NCBI GenBank assembly: GCA_016930835.1
Contig: JAFGGA010000133.1
Span: 10,343-74,342 of the forward strand
DNA length: 64,000 bases
Origin: Deltaproteobacteria bacterium
GTDB lineage: Bacteria; Desulfobacterota; DSM-4660; Desulfatiglandales; HGW-15
Direction: 5' to 3'
This document shows, piece by piece, positions 49,794 to 58,921 of the stretch. The position numbers and the translations under genes were made by a program. Numbering within the stretch: position 1 is the stretch's first letter; each line of letters starts with the position of its first letter. The notes under the pieces are model-generated. The model was given only the letters and a program-made list of their open reading frames with translations, was not told the origin of the DNA and did not search any database.

Positions 49794-49806
49794 CTTTATC
49801 CTCAAG

Positions 49807-49841
49807 AAAAAAGGTCACCATCCGGCCAGGATGGCGACCTT
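49807..49841 (-). terminator. Rho-independent terminator after dsrD
   Basis: On the minus strand a 13-bp stem (one mismatch) is followed by UUUUUU. Confidence 0.65.
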
Positions 49842-49878
49842 TTCTAAGAAATATGGTTTATGGTTAACGCCGAATGGT

Positions 49879-50109
49879 CTAGTGATCTTCGGTCTGCCCC
49901 CGCCCTTTCAAGCCATACATGGTGCTGCTGCCCGTGGAGAAGTAAATGAGTTTTTCCTCATTGACAAGGGCAGTGGCGGCCTTCTTGACGTCTCTGGCCT
50001 TGGCATCAGGAAATTCCACTTTAACGGCCTTTTCCATGTCGCTAAAATAAAATTTACTCTTTTTGTTGTTCTCGGCGAAATCGAGAATGGCTTTTTTTAG
50101 ATCGTCCAT
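49879..50109 (-). CDS. dsrD: Dissimilatory sulfite reductase-associated protein DsrD
   Basis: KSKFYFSD...VKKAATALVNEEKLIYFSTGSSTMYGLKG. The ATG at 50109 follows AGGAG. The longer track ORF overlaps dsrB. Confidence 0.9.
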   Translation of the reverse strand: MDDLKKAILDFAENNKKSKFYFSDMEKAVKVEFPDAKARDVKKAATALVNEEKLIYFSTGSSTMYGLKGRGQTEDH

Positions 50110-50140
50110 ATCTTGTCTCCTTTTTATGGGACGGATTGGA

Positions 50141-51328
50141 TTATTCAATACCTCCGACGGCTTTTGAAACCGCCCAGGCTGCCTCGGTGAACTTAAATTG
50201 GGTAGAGGTCCTATAGGTGTCATATTGCAGCCGATAGTCGTCAATGAGGTGTTCCGTAAAAGGTATATCGCATTTCTCAAAGAACCTTTCCCATCCGATC
50301 CTTTCGGCCCAGTCACCGATGCGTTCATATTTGTTTGCATCTTTGGCATAAGCCTCAATGATCTTTTTAACGGCCTCGCACGTTTCCTGAAAACGCGGGA
50401 AATTATTCGGCAGGGCCGGGATCACGACCTTCGAGAATCTGGGAGGGCTGATCCGGTTGGACAGCTTTCCGCCCGCGAGAACCGTCACGCAGTCACCTTT
50501 CTGGTCGGATAAGGGCAAGGCCATACACATGGTATAGCAGTTGCCGCAAAACATACATCGTTCTTCTTTGATCTTAACCGCCTTTTTCCCTTCATCGGTC
50601 TTGGTCGGGGAGATAGCCGCCGTGGGGCAAGCCGCAATGACCAATGGGATCTCACACACACTTTCCAATACATCGGAATCGACGATGGGGGGTTTCCTGT
50701 GATAACCCAGTAGAGCGATATCCGAGCAGTGGACGGCACCGCACATGTTTAGGCAGCAGGCCATGGATACCCTCACCTGAGCGGGGAGGGTCATGCTCTG
50801 GAAGTAATCGAAAAGTTCATCCATAATGGATTTCACCATAGATGATGCGTCCGTTGCAGGCGTATGACAATGGATATACCCCTGTGTGTGAACGATGTTG
50901 GTTACACCGGCGCCGGTACCGCCAATGGGGAATTTATAACTCCCGGAGACGTGTTTCCGGCTCATGAGGTCCTTTTTTAAGGCCTCCATTTTTCCCTGGC
51001 TGTCCACCATGAATTCTATGTTATTTCGGGTCGTAAACCGGACATATCCGTCACAATATTTGTCGGCGATATCGCAAATTTCGCGGATGTTTTCGACGGT
51101 CATAAAACGGCATCCGCCGCAACGGACCGTAAATACCTTGTCTCCGTTTTCGGCCACATGCACGAGCACCCCTGGTTCCAGGATTTCATGATAGGCCCAT
51201 TTGCCGTAATTTTGTTGAATAATAGGTGGAAAATACTGCCAAAAATGCCTCGGCCCCAAGTCCGTGAGCCTGTTTTCCATGGGTTTTGCAGGATTAAATA
51301 GTCCTAATCTTTCAGTCGATAATGCCAT
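50141..51328 (-). CDS. dsrB: Dissimilatory sulfite reductase beta subunit
   Basis: [39 protein letters not shown] and [11 protein letters not shown]. Confidence 0.95.
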   Translation of the reverse strand: MALSTERLGLFNPAKPMENRLTDLGPRHFWQYFPPIIQQNYGKWAYHEILEPGVLVHVAENGDKVFTVRCGGCRFMTVENIREICDIADKYCDGYVRFTTRNNIEFMVDSQGKMEALKKDLMSRKHVSGSYKFPIGGTGAGVTNIVHTQGYIHCHTPATDASSMVKSIMDELFDYFQSMTLPAQVRVSMACCLNMCGAVHCSDIALLGYHRKPPIVDSDVLESVCEIPLVIAACPTAAISPTKTDEGKKAVKIKEERCMFCGNCYTMCMALPLSDQKGDCVTVLAGGKLSNRISPPRFSKVVIPALPNNFPRFQETCEAVKKIIEAYAKDANKYERIGDWAERIGWERFFEKCDIPFTEHLIDDYRLQYDTYRTSTQFKFTEAAWAVSKAVGGIE

Positions 51329-51342
51329 TGTTATAACCTCCT

Positions 51343-52764
51343 CTATCTCTTATGTCTGGAGCGATAATCTTTAATGTCTCTCTTCCAGCCGCCCGGCACA
51401 TCCTCTTCCTTCCAGAAGATGTATGGGTTGGAGCGGGGTTCTTTTACCATCTGCGGCATAGCCGGTATTCCCAGAACCTCTATCAGTTTAGGAATACCTT
51501 GGCGTTGAATGAGCTCTCCAAGTCGCTCGCGGTTTTTACCTTCCTCCATCCACCAATCCCAGATTGGTTCCACGACTTTTTCTTTGATATTGTCGTAGGG
51601 GGGGTCTGTTTTCATAAAGGGGATGGTTAGGAGGGCCATCTGAGCTCCTTCCAAAATCGGGGCCTTGGCACCTAAAAGGATGCTGACGCCGGTGTCTTTT
51701 CCCGGTCTGAGCGCCCTGGGCATGACGTTAATACAATGCATACATCGGGTGCATTCCTTATTGTCGATCATTAATTTATCGCCTTCCATCCACATACACT
51801 GCGTCGGACAAAGGTTGATCACTTCTTTATGTATATCAAATTGCCCCCAGTCTCTTCCGGAGTGGGCGCCGCCGTTGGGCATGATCTCACCACCCATGTA
51901 AGCCTTTACCGCCTCTTGATCGATCCGAATCTCATCTCGCCATGTCCCGATAAAAGACATGTCCGAACGGGCTATGGAGGCCACGCAACCATTTGGACAC
52001 CCGTCAAACTTGAATTTGAATTTATACGGAAAAGCGGGTCTGTGCAATTCATCCTGGTAATAGTGTGTCAATTCATAGCACATGTCCTGGGTGTCAATGC
52101 ATGACCATTCGCATCGGGCCTTTCCGATGCAGCATGAAGGCGTCCTTAGATTAGAGCCGGATCCTCCTAGATCTTGTTGAAGGACATGTCCCAGTTCAAA
52201 GAAGATCGGTTCCAGCTGCTCGGTAAAGGTGCCGAGGAAAATGATGTCTCCTGTGGAACCGTGCATGTTCATCATTCCGCTACCGCGGTATTCCCAGAGA
52301 TCACAAATTGTCCTTAAATAGTCAGATGTGTAGAATTTACTGGCTGGCTGATTGACACGCATGGTGTGGAAATGGGCGATTGAGGGGAATTGTTCCTGGA
52401 GATCAGAGTATCGACCGATTACACCACCTCCATAACCAAATACGCCCACGATGCCGCCGTGTTTCCAGTGCGTTTCGCCATGTTTGAAAGAAACCTCCAA
52501 TTGACCCAATAAATCCTCGACCACATCCCTTTCAATCATCATGCGATCCTGAGCCAATTTTTTCCTGTGGAGGGCTTCCCGTTTGGCATCCGCTACAAAG
52601 CTCGGCCACCGGCCTTTTTCCAGCTCTTCACAAAAAGGGATGTCGTGCTTGATCTTGAAATTTTTGAGCTCTTCTTCCGTGTAATTATGCAGTTCTTCAT
52701 CGGAAAAGATTCTAAGCTCTTGGTACTTTAATTGTTTTTGCTCTTCTCTTGGTTCAAAAGCCAT
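51343..52764 (-). CDS. dsrA: Dissimilatory sulfite reductase alpha subunit
   Basis: [29 protein letters not shown] and [13 protein letters not shown]. The ATG at 52764 lies 8 nt after AAGGAGG. Confidence 0.95.
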   Translation of the reverse strand: MAFEPREEQKQLKYQELRIFSDEELHNYTEEELKNFKIKHDIPFCEELEKGRWPSFVADAKREALHRKKLAQDRMMIERDVVEDLLGQLEVSFKHGETHWKHGGIVGVFGYGGGVIGRYSDLQEQFPSIAHFHTMRVNQPASKFYTSDYLRTICDLWEYRGSGMMNMHGSTGDIIFLGTFTEQLEPIFFELGHVLQQDLGGSGSNLRTPSCCIGKARCEWSCIDTQDMCYELTHYYQDELHRPAFPYKFKFKFDGCPNGCVASIARSDMSFIGTWRDEIRIDQEAVKAYMGGEIMPNGGAHSGRDWGQFDIHKEVINLCPTQCMWMEGDKLMIDNKECTRCMHCINVMPRALRPGKDTGVSILLGAKAPILEGAQMALLTIPFMKTDPPYDNIKEKVVEPIWDWWMEEGKNRERLGELIQRQGIPKLIEVLGIPAMPQMVKEPRSNPYIFWKEEDVPGGWKRDIKDYRSRHKR

Positions 52765-52926
52765 TACAAATGCCTCCTTTTGCATTAATAGACGTTGATA
52801 AAAACTCTAAGGGGCGACCCCGGAAGACTTTCGTTGATTTGTCCGATTTTCACCTCCTCCCTAAATGATGAAACAACAAAATATAACAAAAATATATTAT
52901 TTGTGAAATTTTCGACAATCTCAATC

Positions 52927-52955
52927 CTATTACTTAGAAACCATGTGAGTGTCAA
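52927..52955 (-). promoter_or_regulatory. Sigma-70-type promoter candidate for dsrABD (TTGACA-17 nt-TAATAG)
   Basis: The reverse complement of 52950-52955 is TTGACA and of 52927-52932 is TAATAG. This implies a ~155-nt leader. Confidence 0.5.
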
Positions 52956-53003
52956 TAAAAAATTCAATTTTTTAATAAACCTTTCATATTTCGAACCCGG
53001 CCA

Positions 53004-53032
53004 TTGACAATGGTCGGTTTAGCGTTTATAGC
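53004..53032 (+). promoter_or_regulatory. Sigma-70-type promoter candidate for dsrN (TTGACA-17 nt-TATAGC)
   Basis: Read directly from the sequence. Confidence 0.45.
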
Positions 53033-53067
53033 CGTTATAAATTTCTAAATTGAGCGATTTTTTTGAC

Positions 53068-54477
53068 ATGCTTCATCCCATACCCCGCATCATCATAGCA
53101 GCGCTAAAAGGCGGATCCGGCAAGACAATGGTTTCATTGGGCCTCGTATCCGTATGGCGGCATATGGGTCATCAGGTTGCGACGTTTAAAAAAGGGCCCG
53201 ATTTTATCGATGCCGGGTGGCTGTCTTTCGCGGCCGGCCGCCCTTGTCACAATCTGGACCCATTTTTGATGTCTGAAGGACAAATCCTCAGGTCATTCCA
53301 ACAACATGCCGCTGATACGCATATTGCACTGATCGAAGGGAATCGCGGTCTTTTTGATGGCCTGGACATTGAGGGGTGTTGCAGCACGGCTGAACTGGGC
53401 CGGCTGACCCAGTCACCGGTGGTGGTCATCGTGGATGTTACCATGACAACCCGGACCGTCGCAGCCCTTATTATGGGTTGTCAACGTTTTGATCCCGCGC
53501 TTCAGCTGGCGGGCGTCATTTTGAACAGGGTTGCAGGCCATCGGCAAGAGACCCTGATCCGAAATGCGATTGAACAATACTGCGGTATAGCTGTTGTGGG
53601 CGCCATACCCAAACTGAAAGAAGATGTCTTTCCTGAACGACACATGGGCTTGGTCCCGCACCAGGAAAGAGATCATGCCCATAAGGCCATCCAATGGGCC
53701 GGTTCGGTGGTTGAAAGATATGTGGATCTGGACACCCTATGGAGAGCGGCCCATGAGTCCAGACCCATAGAGAAAGATCCGGTGGTTTATGAGAAGCAGA
53801 AAAGCAACCCGCCCATATCGGATTCCGTTCGTGTCGGTTATATCATGGATAACGCCTTTTGGTTCTACTACCCCGAGAACCTTAGCCAACTTAAAGAGCT
53901 GGGAGCGGAATTGATTGAAATCAATGCCATGAAGGATGCATGGATCCCTGATCTGGATGCGCTATATATTGGAGGCGGTTTCCCCGAAACCCAGGCCCGG
54001 GTATTGGCAGACAATGGTAGCTTCAGAACATCTTTACTGGAGCGGATTAAGGATGGCCTTCCTGTTTATGCCGAGTGTGGTGGATTGATTTATTTAGGCG
54101 AAGCGCTTCACCAGGGACACAACAGGTTTCCAATGGTGAATGCATTGCCCATTACCTTTGAGATGGGTCAAAAGCCACAGGGACATGGATACACGATTTT
54201 GGAAGTGAATGGGGAAAACCCTTATTTTCCTGTGGGTGAAACAATCAAAGGCCATGAATTTCATTATTCCAGACCCCATATCACCGGTTCGAAAGATCTT
54301 TCATTCGCCTTTGAGGTCAAGAGGGGACACGGAATTGATGGTCAAAAAGACGGTATTTGTATGCAAAATCTCCTGGCGACCTATACCCATATTCATGCGG
54401 GTGGGAATAGAATGTGGGGTGAGGGGTTCATTCAAAGAGCGAGGTGGTTTAAGGATATTGAAAAGAAAAATGCTTGA
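53068..54477 (+). CDS. dsrN: Cobyrinic acid a,c-diamide synthase family protein (DsrN-type siroheme amidase by context)
   Basis: N-terminal P-loop AALKGGSGKT and a C-terminal glutamine amidotransferase domain (YAECGG). It lies between dsrA and dsrC. Confidence 0.8.
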   Translation: MLHPIPRIIIAALKGGSGKTMVSLGLVSVWRHMGHQVATFKKGPDFIDAGWLSFAAGRPCHNLDPFLMSEGQILRSFQQHAADTHIALIEGNRGLFDGLDIEGCCSTAELGRLTQSPVVVIVDVTMTTRTVAALIMGCQRFDPALQLAGVILNRVAGHRQETLIRNAIEQYCGIAVVGAIPKLKEDVFPERHMGLVPHQERDHAHKAIQWAGSVVERYVDLDTLWRAAHESRPIEKDPVVYEKQKSNPPISDSVRVGYIMDNAFWFYYPENLSQLKELGAELIEINAMKDAWIPDLDALYIGGGFPETQARVLADNGSFRTSLLERIKDGLPVYAECGGLIYLGEALHQGHNRFPMVNALPITFEMGQKPQGHGYTILEVNGENPYFPVGETIKGHEFHYSRPHITGSKDLSFAFEVKRGHGIDGQKDGICMQNLLATYTHIHAGGNRMWGEGFIQRARWFKDIEKKNA

Positions 54478-54493
54478 ATCGATTATAAAGAGA

Positions 54494-54522
54494 TTGACAT
54501 TGACCTAAAGATACGATAAGTT
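54494..54522 (+). promoter_or_regulatory. Sigma-70-type promoter candidate for dsrC (TTGACA-17 nt-TAAGTT)
   Basis: Read directly from the sequence. Confidence 0.45.
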
Positions 54523-54585
54523 ATAAAACTTAAGCTCTAACCTGTTAATATAATTAAGGTAATTAATAGAAGGAGGTCATGCGGT

Positions 54586-54903
54586 ATGCCAACGGTAGAA
54601 TTTGAAGGAAACACATTTAACGTAGACGAAGACGGCTTCATTGATGATTTCAATAATTGGAATAAATCATGGGTCCAATACGTTAAAGGAACGGAAGGGA
54701 TCGAAGAATTGACCGATGAGCATTGGAAGGTGATCAACGTACTTCAGGATTATTACCAGAAAAACGGTATCGCTCCTATGGTCCGGATCCTCTCCAAAGT
54801 CACTGGCTATAAATTGAAATACATTTATGAGTTATTTCCCTCCGGCCCCGGTAAAGGCGCCTGTAAGATGGCAGGGCTGCCGAAACCCACGGGCTGCGTG
54901 TAA
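54586..54903 (+). CDS. dsrC: Sulfite reductase substrate/trisulfide carrier DsrC
   Basis: C-terminal arm FPSGPGKGACKMAGLPKPTGCV with both conserved Cys, preceded by an AGGAGG RBS. Confidence 0.95.
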   Translation: MPTVEFEGNTFNVDEDGFIDDFNNWNKSWVQYVKGTEGIEELTDEHWKVINVLQDYYQKNGIAPMVRILSKVTGYKLKYIYELFPSGPGKGACKMAGLPKPTGCV

Positions 54904-54931
54904 TGTAGCCATTATTCTTGGGACGGAAATT

Positions 54932-54971
54932 AAAAGGCACAAGGTTGGGAATCTTTCCTATTGTGCCTTTT
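54932..54971. terminator. Bidirectional terminator between dsrC and the convergent C-N hydrolase gene
   Basis: The stem aaaaggcacaa...ttgtgcctttt is followed by atttt. Confidence 0.6.
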
Positions 54972-55779
54972 ATTTTGAATAAAGTTCCGGCCTTCTGTGG
55001 GGTAAGAAGTGTTTCATCCGATGGTTTCGGATTTCTCTCCAATCATTCTCTTTAAGATCCGTAATAATCATTTTTTCCTGAGTACCACTATAGCTTTCGA
55101 TGATGTTCCCGACTGGATTCAGCACCATAGCAGTGCCCGGGAAAGAAAGATCGTTTTTATACCTGCCCACCTGGTTGCATGCCACTAAAAATACGGAGTT
55201 ATCGAATGCTCGGGCAGGCAAATGTCGGAGCCAGCTCTGGATTTTTTCATCAGGGGTTCCTCGGGGTGAGGCGTGGGGAATGAAGATGATCTCCACGCCT
55301 TCAAGGGCCATCTTGGTGCTGATCTCCGGAAAGTGGGCGTCATAACAAAGCTGGACACCAAATATGACCCCTCCATAAGAATAGGATGACAGATAATTTC
55401 CGGCGTGGAAAAATTTTTTTTCGGGGGGTGACAGGTGGGTCTTTCTGTATATGCCCAAGATTCCTTGGGGGGTTGCCACAACCTGACTGATATATGGCTT
55501 TGCTCGTTGGGTCTTTTCAATCATGCCTGCCAGGATCACCAGGTTTATAGCCCTCGCCATTTGACTTACGCGTTCAATGATTTCTTGGGAGATGGATTCG
55601 GAATAGACATCGCTCGGGTTGTCCAAGATGTAACCCGTGATGGAGAGTTCCGGAAAACAGATGATCTCCACCCCCTTGTCCGCTGCTTTTCGTGAAAAAT
55701 CAGCTATATGGTTTAAATTTCGATCTATCGCATACGGATGGGCTTCCATGCAGACAGCGGCTATTTTCATATTTTTCAT
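54970..55779 (-). CDS. Carbon-nitrogen hydrolase family protein
   Basis: Nitrilase-superfamily layout (CFPELSITGY, LCYDAHFPE). Confidence 0.8.
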   Translation of the reverse strand: MKNMKIAAVCMEAHPYAIDRNLNHIADFSRKAADKGVEIICFPELSITGYILDNPSDVYSESISQEIIERVSQMARAINLVILAGMIEKTQRAKPYISQVVATPQGILGIYRKTHLSPPEKKFFHAGNYLSSYSYGGVIFGVQLCYDAHFPEISTKMALEGVEIIFIPHASPRGTPDEKIQSWLRHLPARAFDNSVFLVACNQVGRYKNDLSFPGTAMVLNPVGNIIESYSGTQEKMIITDLKENDWREIRNHRMKHFLPHRRPELYSK

Positions 55780-55783
55780 AACC

Positions 55784-57364
55784 TTAGCTGTTTCCCCGCT
55801 TCAAGTCCTTGAGGAGTTTGTACTGAACGCTGTCCACCAAGGCCTGCCAACTGGCCTCGATGATATTTTCCGAGACGCCCACCGTTGTCCAGATCTCTTG
55901 GGAGTCCCTTGATTCGATCTTGACCCTGACCTTTGCAGCTGTACCGTCAGTTCCTTCAATAACCCGGACCTTAAAGTCCACCAATTTCATCTCTTGAATC
56001 TGTGGGAAGAAATGGTTCAAGGCCTTTCGTAAGGCGTTGTCGAGGGCGTTTACAGGGCCATCCCCTTCCGCGGCGGTGATCTCCTGCTCATCGCCCACGG
56101 ATACCTTAATGGTGACCTGGGAGGTACTGGGGCCGGACCGGTCTTTCTCAATGATCACACGGAAAGACTCCAGGGTGAAGGGCTCTTTAAATTGCCCGGT
56201 GGCCTTACGAACCAGAAGTTCCAAGGAGCCTTCGGCGGCATCAAATTGATAGCCCTGATCCTCCATGATCTTTATCTCATTTACAATCTTTTTGCTGTCA
56301 TAGCCGTTGCCTCCTAGCTCGATACCCATTTCTTTGGTCTTATATTCAATATTGCTTTTTCCTGATAGATCCGAGACCAATACTCGCCTGCGATTGCCCA
56401 CCCGCTCAGGGTCGATATGTTCATACGCGGAAGGATTCTTTAGGATCGCGCTGACATGGACCCCTGCTTTGTGGGCAAATGCACTCCTGCCTGCAAAAGG
56501 TCTCTGGTTGAGGGGTGGCACATTGGCGATATCGCTCACATAGCGGGACAGCTCGGTCAGGTGCTTGATACTTTCTTCCCGGACACATGAATATCCCATC
56601 TTTAACTGGAGATTTCCCATCACCGCAATCAGATCCACGTTACCGCACCGCTCGCCGTATCCATTGATGGTCCCCTGCACCATCAGAGCGCCACATTGGA
56701 CCGCCATCAAGGAATTGGCCAGGGCCAGGCCGCAATCATTGTGGGTGTGTATTCCGACCGGTAATGGGATATGGGGCATGACATCCGTCATGATGGCCTG
56801 TATCTCGTGTGGAAGGGTCCCTCCGTTCGTATCGCACAAAACGATCACATCGGCGCCACCGTTGATGGCAGCCTTCACGGTCCTTAAGGCGTATTTGGCG
56901 TTATTTTTATAACCATCAAAAAAATGTTCCGCATCATAGATGACCTCTTTATTTTGAGTCTTCAGATAGCGAAGCGTCTCCTCAATCATGGCCAGGTTTT
57001 CATCATTAGAGACACTGAGAATCTCAGTGGCATGCAGGTCCCAGCTTTTCCCAAAAATCGTCACCGTTTGAGTCCCGGCCTTGAGTAAGGCCTTGATGTT
57101 GGGGTCGTTTTCAGGGGTTTTTTGGGCGTGCCGCGTGCTTCCAAAGGCCGTCATGCGAGTATTGGCAAAACCGCTCTTTTGGGTCATTTTAAAAAAACGA
57201 ACATCTTTGGGGTTGGACCCCGGCCAGCCCCCTTCAATATAATGTATGCCGAATTTATCGAGTCGTTTGGCTATCCTAAGTTTATCTTCCGCGGAAAGGT
57301 TTACCTGTTCGCCTTGGGTGCCGTCTCGAAGTGTTGTGTCATATAACATGATTTCTTTAGTCAT
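55784..57364 (-). CDS. cimA: (R)-citramalate synthase
   Basis: LYDTTLRDGTQGEQV...IEGGWPGSNPKD is typical of CimA-type LeuA homologues. I trimmed the start to ATG 57364 because the TTG start in the track lies in the terminator U-tract. Confidence 0.85.
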   Translation of the reverse strand: MTKEIMLYDTTLRDGTQGEQVNLSAEDKLRIAKRLDKFGIHYIEGGWPGSNPKDVRFFKMTQKSGFANTRMTAFGSTRHAQKTPENDPNIKALLKAGTQTVTIFGKSWDLHATEILSVSNDENLAMIEETLRYLKTQNKEVIYDAEHFFDGYKNNAKYALRTVKAAINGGADVIVLCDTNGGTLPHEIQAIMTDVMPHIPLPVGIHTHNDCGLALANSLMAVQCGALMVQGTINGYGERCGNVDLIAVMGNLQLKMGYSCVREESIKHLTELSRYVSDIANVPPLNQRPFAGRSAFAHKAGVHVSAILKNPSAYEHIDPERVGNRRRVLVSDLSGKSNIEYKTKEMGIELGGNGYDSKKIVNEIKIMEDQGYQFDAAEGSLELLVRKATGQFKEPFTLESFRVIIEKDRSGPSTSQVTIKVSVGDEQEITAAEGDGPVNALDNALRKALNHFFPQIQEMKLVDFKVRVIEGTDGTAAKVRVKIESRDSQEIWTTVGVSENIIEASWQALVDSVQYKLLKDLKRGNS

Positions 57365-57382
57365 AAATGATATCCTTTCTGT

Positions 57383-57421
57383 CAAAAAAAAACCGTTATC
57401 AGGTCATCTGATAACGGTTTT
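57383..57421 (-). terminator. Strong intrinsic terminator in the cimA leader (attenuator candidate)
   Basis: On the minus strand aaccguuaucag-augac-cugauaacgguu (10-12 bp) is followed by 7-9 U. It ends ~20 nt before the cimA ATG. Confidence 0.7.
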
Positions 57422-57443
57422 TGGTGAATATTTCTATATATGT

Positions 57444-57569
57444 TTATGCCCTTATCAGGCCTGGTAATCTTCGTCTCTCCATTATGTAACCGAGCAACAG
57501 GGAGGAGCCGATAATCCCTGCTGCCGTAATAATTATGATGATGTTGATGGTTGTGAGGTTTATGAGCAT
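57444..57569 (-). CDS. Ile-rich leader peptide candidate (41 aa, MLINLTTINIIIIITAAGIIGSSLLLGYIMERRRLPGLIRA)
   Basis: An AGGAAG RBS precedes the ATG. The peptide has 11 Ile, including the run INIIIII, and the ORF lies between a promoter and the terminator upstream of cimA. Confidence 0.55.
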   Translation of the reverse strand: MLINLTTINIIIIITAAGIIGSSLLLGYIMERRRLPGLIRA

Positions 57570-57608
57570 TATTTATCTTCCTATGAGTTGTAGTCTTAAG
57601 AATTCGAA

Positions 57609-57637
57609 AATATATATAAGCCGGTAGAGATTGTCAA
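57609..57637 (-). promoter_or_regulatory. Sigma-70-type promoter candidate for the cimA leader (TTGACA-17 nt-TATATT)
   Basis: The reverse complement of 57632-57637 is TTGACA and of 57609-57614 is TATATT. Confidence 0.55.
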
Positions 57638-57709
57638 CAATATTTGCATTCCTTGAATTCCGTATCTTCCCTTCCCCCCCGGTTTTCATGATTTCATGCT
57701 ATGCAATTA

Positions 57710-57736
57710 TTGACATGAATTCCATTCCTTTATAAT
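57710..57736 (+). promoter_or_regulatory. Sigma-70-type promoter candidate (TTGACA-15 nt-TATAAT)
   Basis: Both hexamers are perfect but the spacer is short. It lies upstream of the acyltransferase gene. Confidence 0.4.
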
Positions 57737-57882
57737 AATTGGTTAAGATCCGGATCACCGCAAATGTATTGTTTTTGATGAGGACTATGGGCCTTAAGGA
57801 TGGGAGGATTCGAGCAAGATCCTTGGGTACTTTCTCCCGACCATGAGGGAGAGGAATCTAACAATAGGGCAGGGTTGTGAAT

Positions 57883-58767
57883 ATGAACCATGATGACATC
57901 GCTTCTTTGGCCATGAAATATTATGAAAAGATGAGGGCCAATTATCATAATGATGACAACCATAAGATCACGCCGGAAAATGTATTTCAAAAGGGCATTC
58001 GCCATAATTATGATCTTTTTATGGAATTGGTGGACAGGCTCATGTTGCCTGGGAGTGGCGTCAAAGGTGCGGAGAACCTTCAGGAAACATTTTCCATATT
58101 AAAAGGCGGGGAATCGGTCCTCTTCCTGATGAAACATTCGGGCAATTTTGACGTGCCCTGCATTTATTCCTTATTATCCCGAGAAGGAAATCAATACCAG
58201 GATATCCTGGATCGGTTGGTGTTTATTGCCGGACGGAAACTCAACGAGGATTCACCCATCGTAAAGATCTTTACGGAGGTCTTCAGCCGACTGATCGTCG
58301 TTCCCCATCGCGAGATCCCGAGGGATACCGATCATGAAACCCGCGAGCAGAAGGCCCATCGTCAAGCCTTGGTGAGAGAGGCCACCCGTATCAATAGGGC
58401 ATCCCTGCGTGAGATGATGAGGCTTAAAAAACAGGGCTACATCATCGTGCTTTTTCCCATGGGCGGGCGTCCCAAGCCATGGCTCAATGAACACAATAAT
58501 GGAGTTAAAGAAACTACCTCCTATATGCGGCTCTTCGATTGGGTCCATTTCATCGGAATGACTGGAAACCTCATGCCGGTGGGGGATACGATGCAAGACG
58601 AGAAGCCTCGACGGGACACCATTGTTTTTACCGTATCCGAACCCATCCGAGCCAAGGCCTATCTGGAGGAATCAAGGAGGTTGTTTAAAGGACAAAATGA
58701 GATAGATGATTTCGATCAATTCAATGTGAATAGGGTTATGAAAGCAATTGGGCAGACCCGAGATTAA
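57883..58767 (+). CDS. PlsC-like (lysophospholipid/glycerol-3-phosphate) acyltransferase family protein
   Basis: H-x4-D motif (HSGNFD) and an FPMGGR block resembling FPEGTR. Confidence 0.65.
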   Translation: MNHDDIASLAMKYYEKMRANYHNDDNHKITPENVFQKGIRHNYDLFMELVDRLMLPGSGVKGAENLQETFSILKGGESVLFLMKHSGNFDVPCIYSLLSREGNQYQDILDRLVFIAGRKLNEDSPIVKIFTEVFSRLIVVPHREIPRDTDHETREQKAHRQALVREATRINRASLREMMRLKKQGYIIVLFPMGGRPKPWLNEHNNGVKETTSYMRLFDWVHFIGMTGNLMPVGDTMQDEKPRRDTIVFTVSEPIRAKAYLEESRRLFKGQNEIDDFDQFNVNRVMKAIGQTRD

Positions 58768-58921
58768 TCTCCTTTTTCCAACTTATGTTTACGATCTCAT
58801 CAGGATTTCCTTGGGCTGACCGTTTTCATCCTAAACTCCTTTATTCAATCCTTAGCTGATGGCTGACCGCTGAGTGCTGAAAGCGCTATCCGGAAATTGT
58901 ATTTTCCTGGAGGGTCTTTCA

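Noticed and set aside
49879-50358. 159-aa ORF overlapping the 3' end of dsrB
   Set aside because: Only the last 76 codons (from ATG 50109, with an AGGAG RBS) match DsrD. The upstream part overlaps dsrB in another frame.
52785-53007. ORFs 52785..52967(-) and 52795..53007(+) in the dsrA-dsrN intergenic region
   Set aside because: They lie in AT-rich divergent promoter DNA, overlap each other, and have no RBS at a sensible distance (the GTG directly abuts GGAGGAG).
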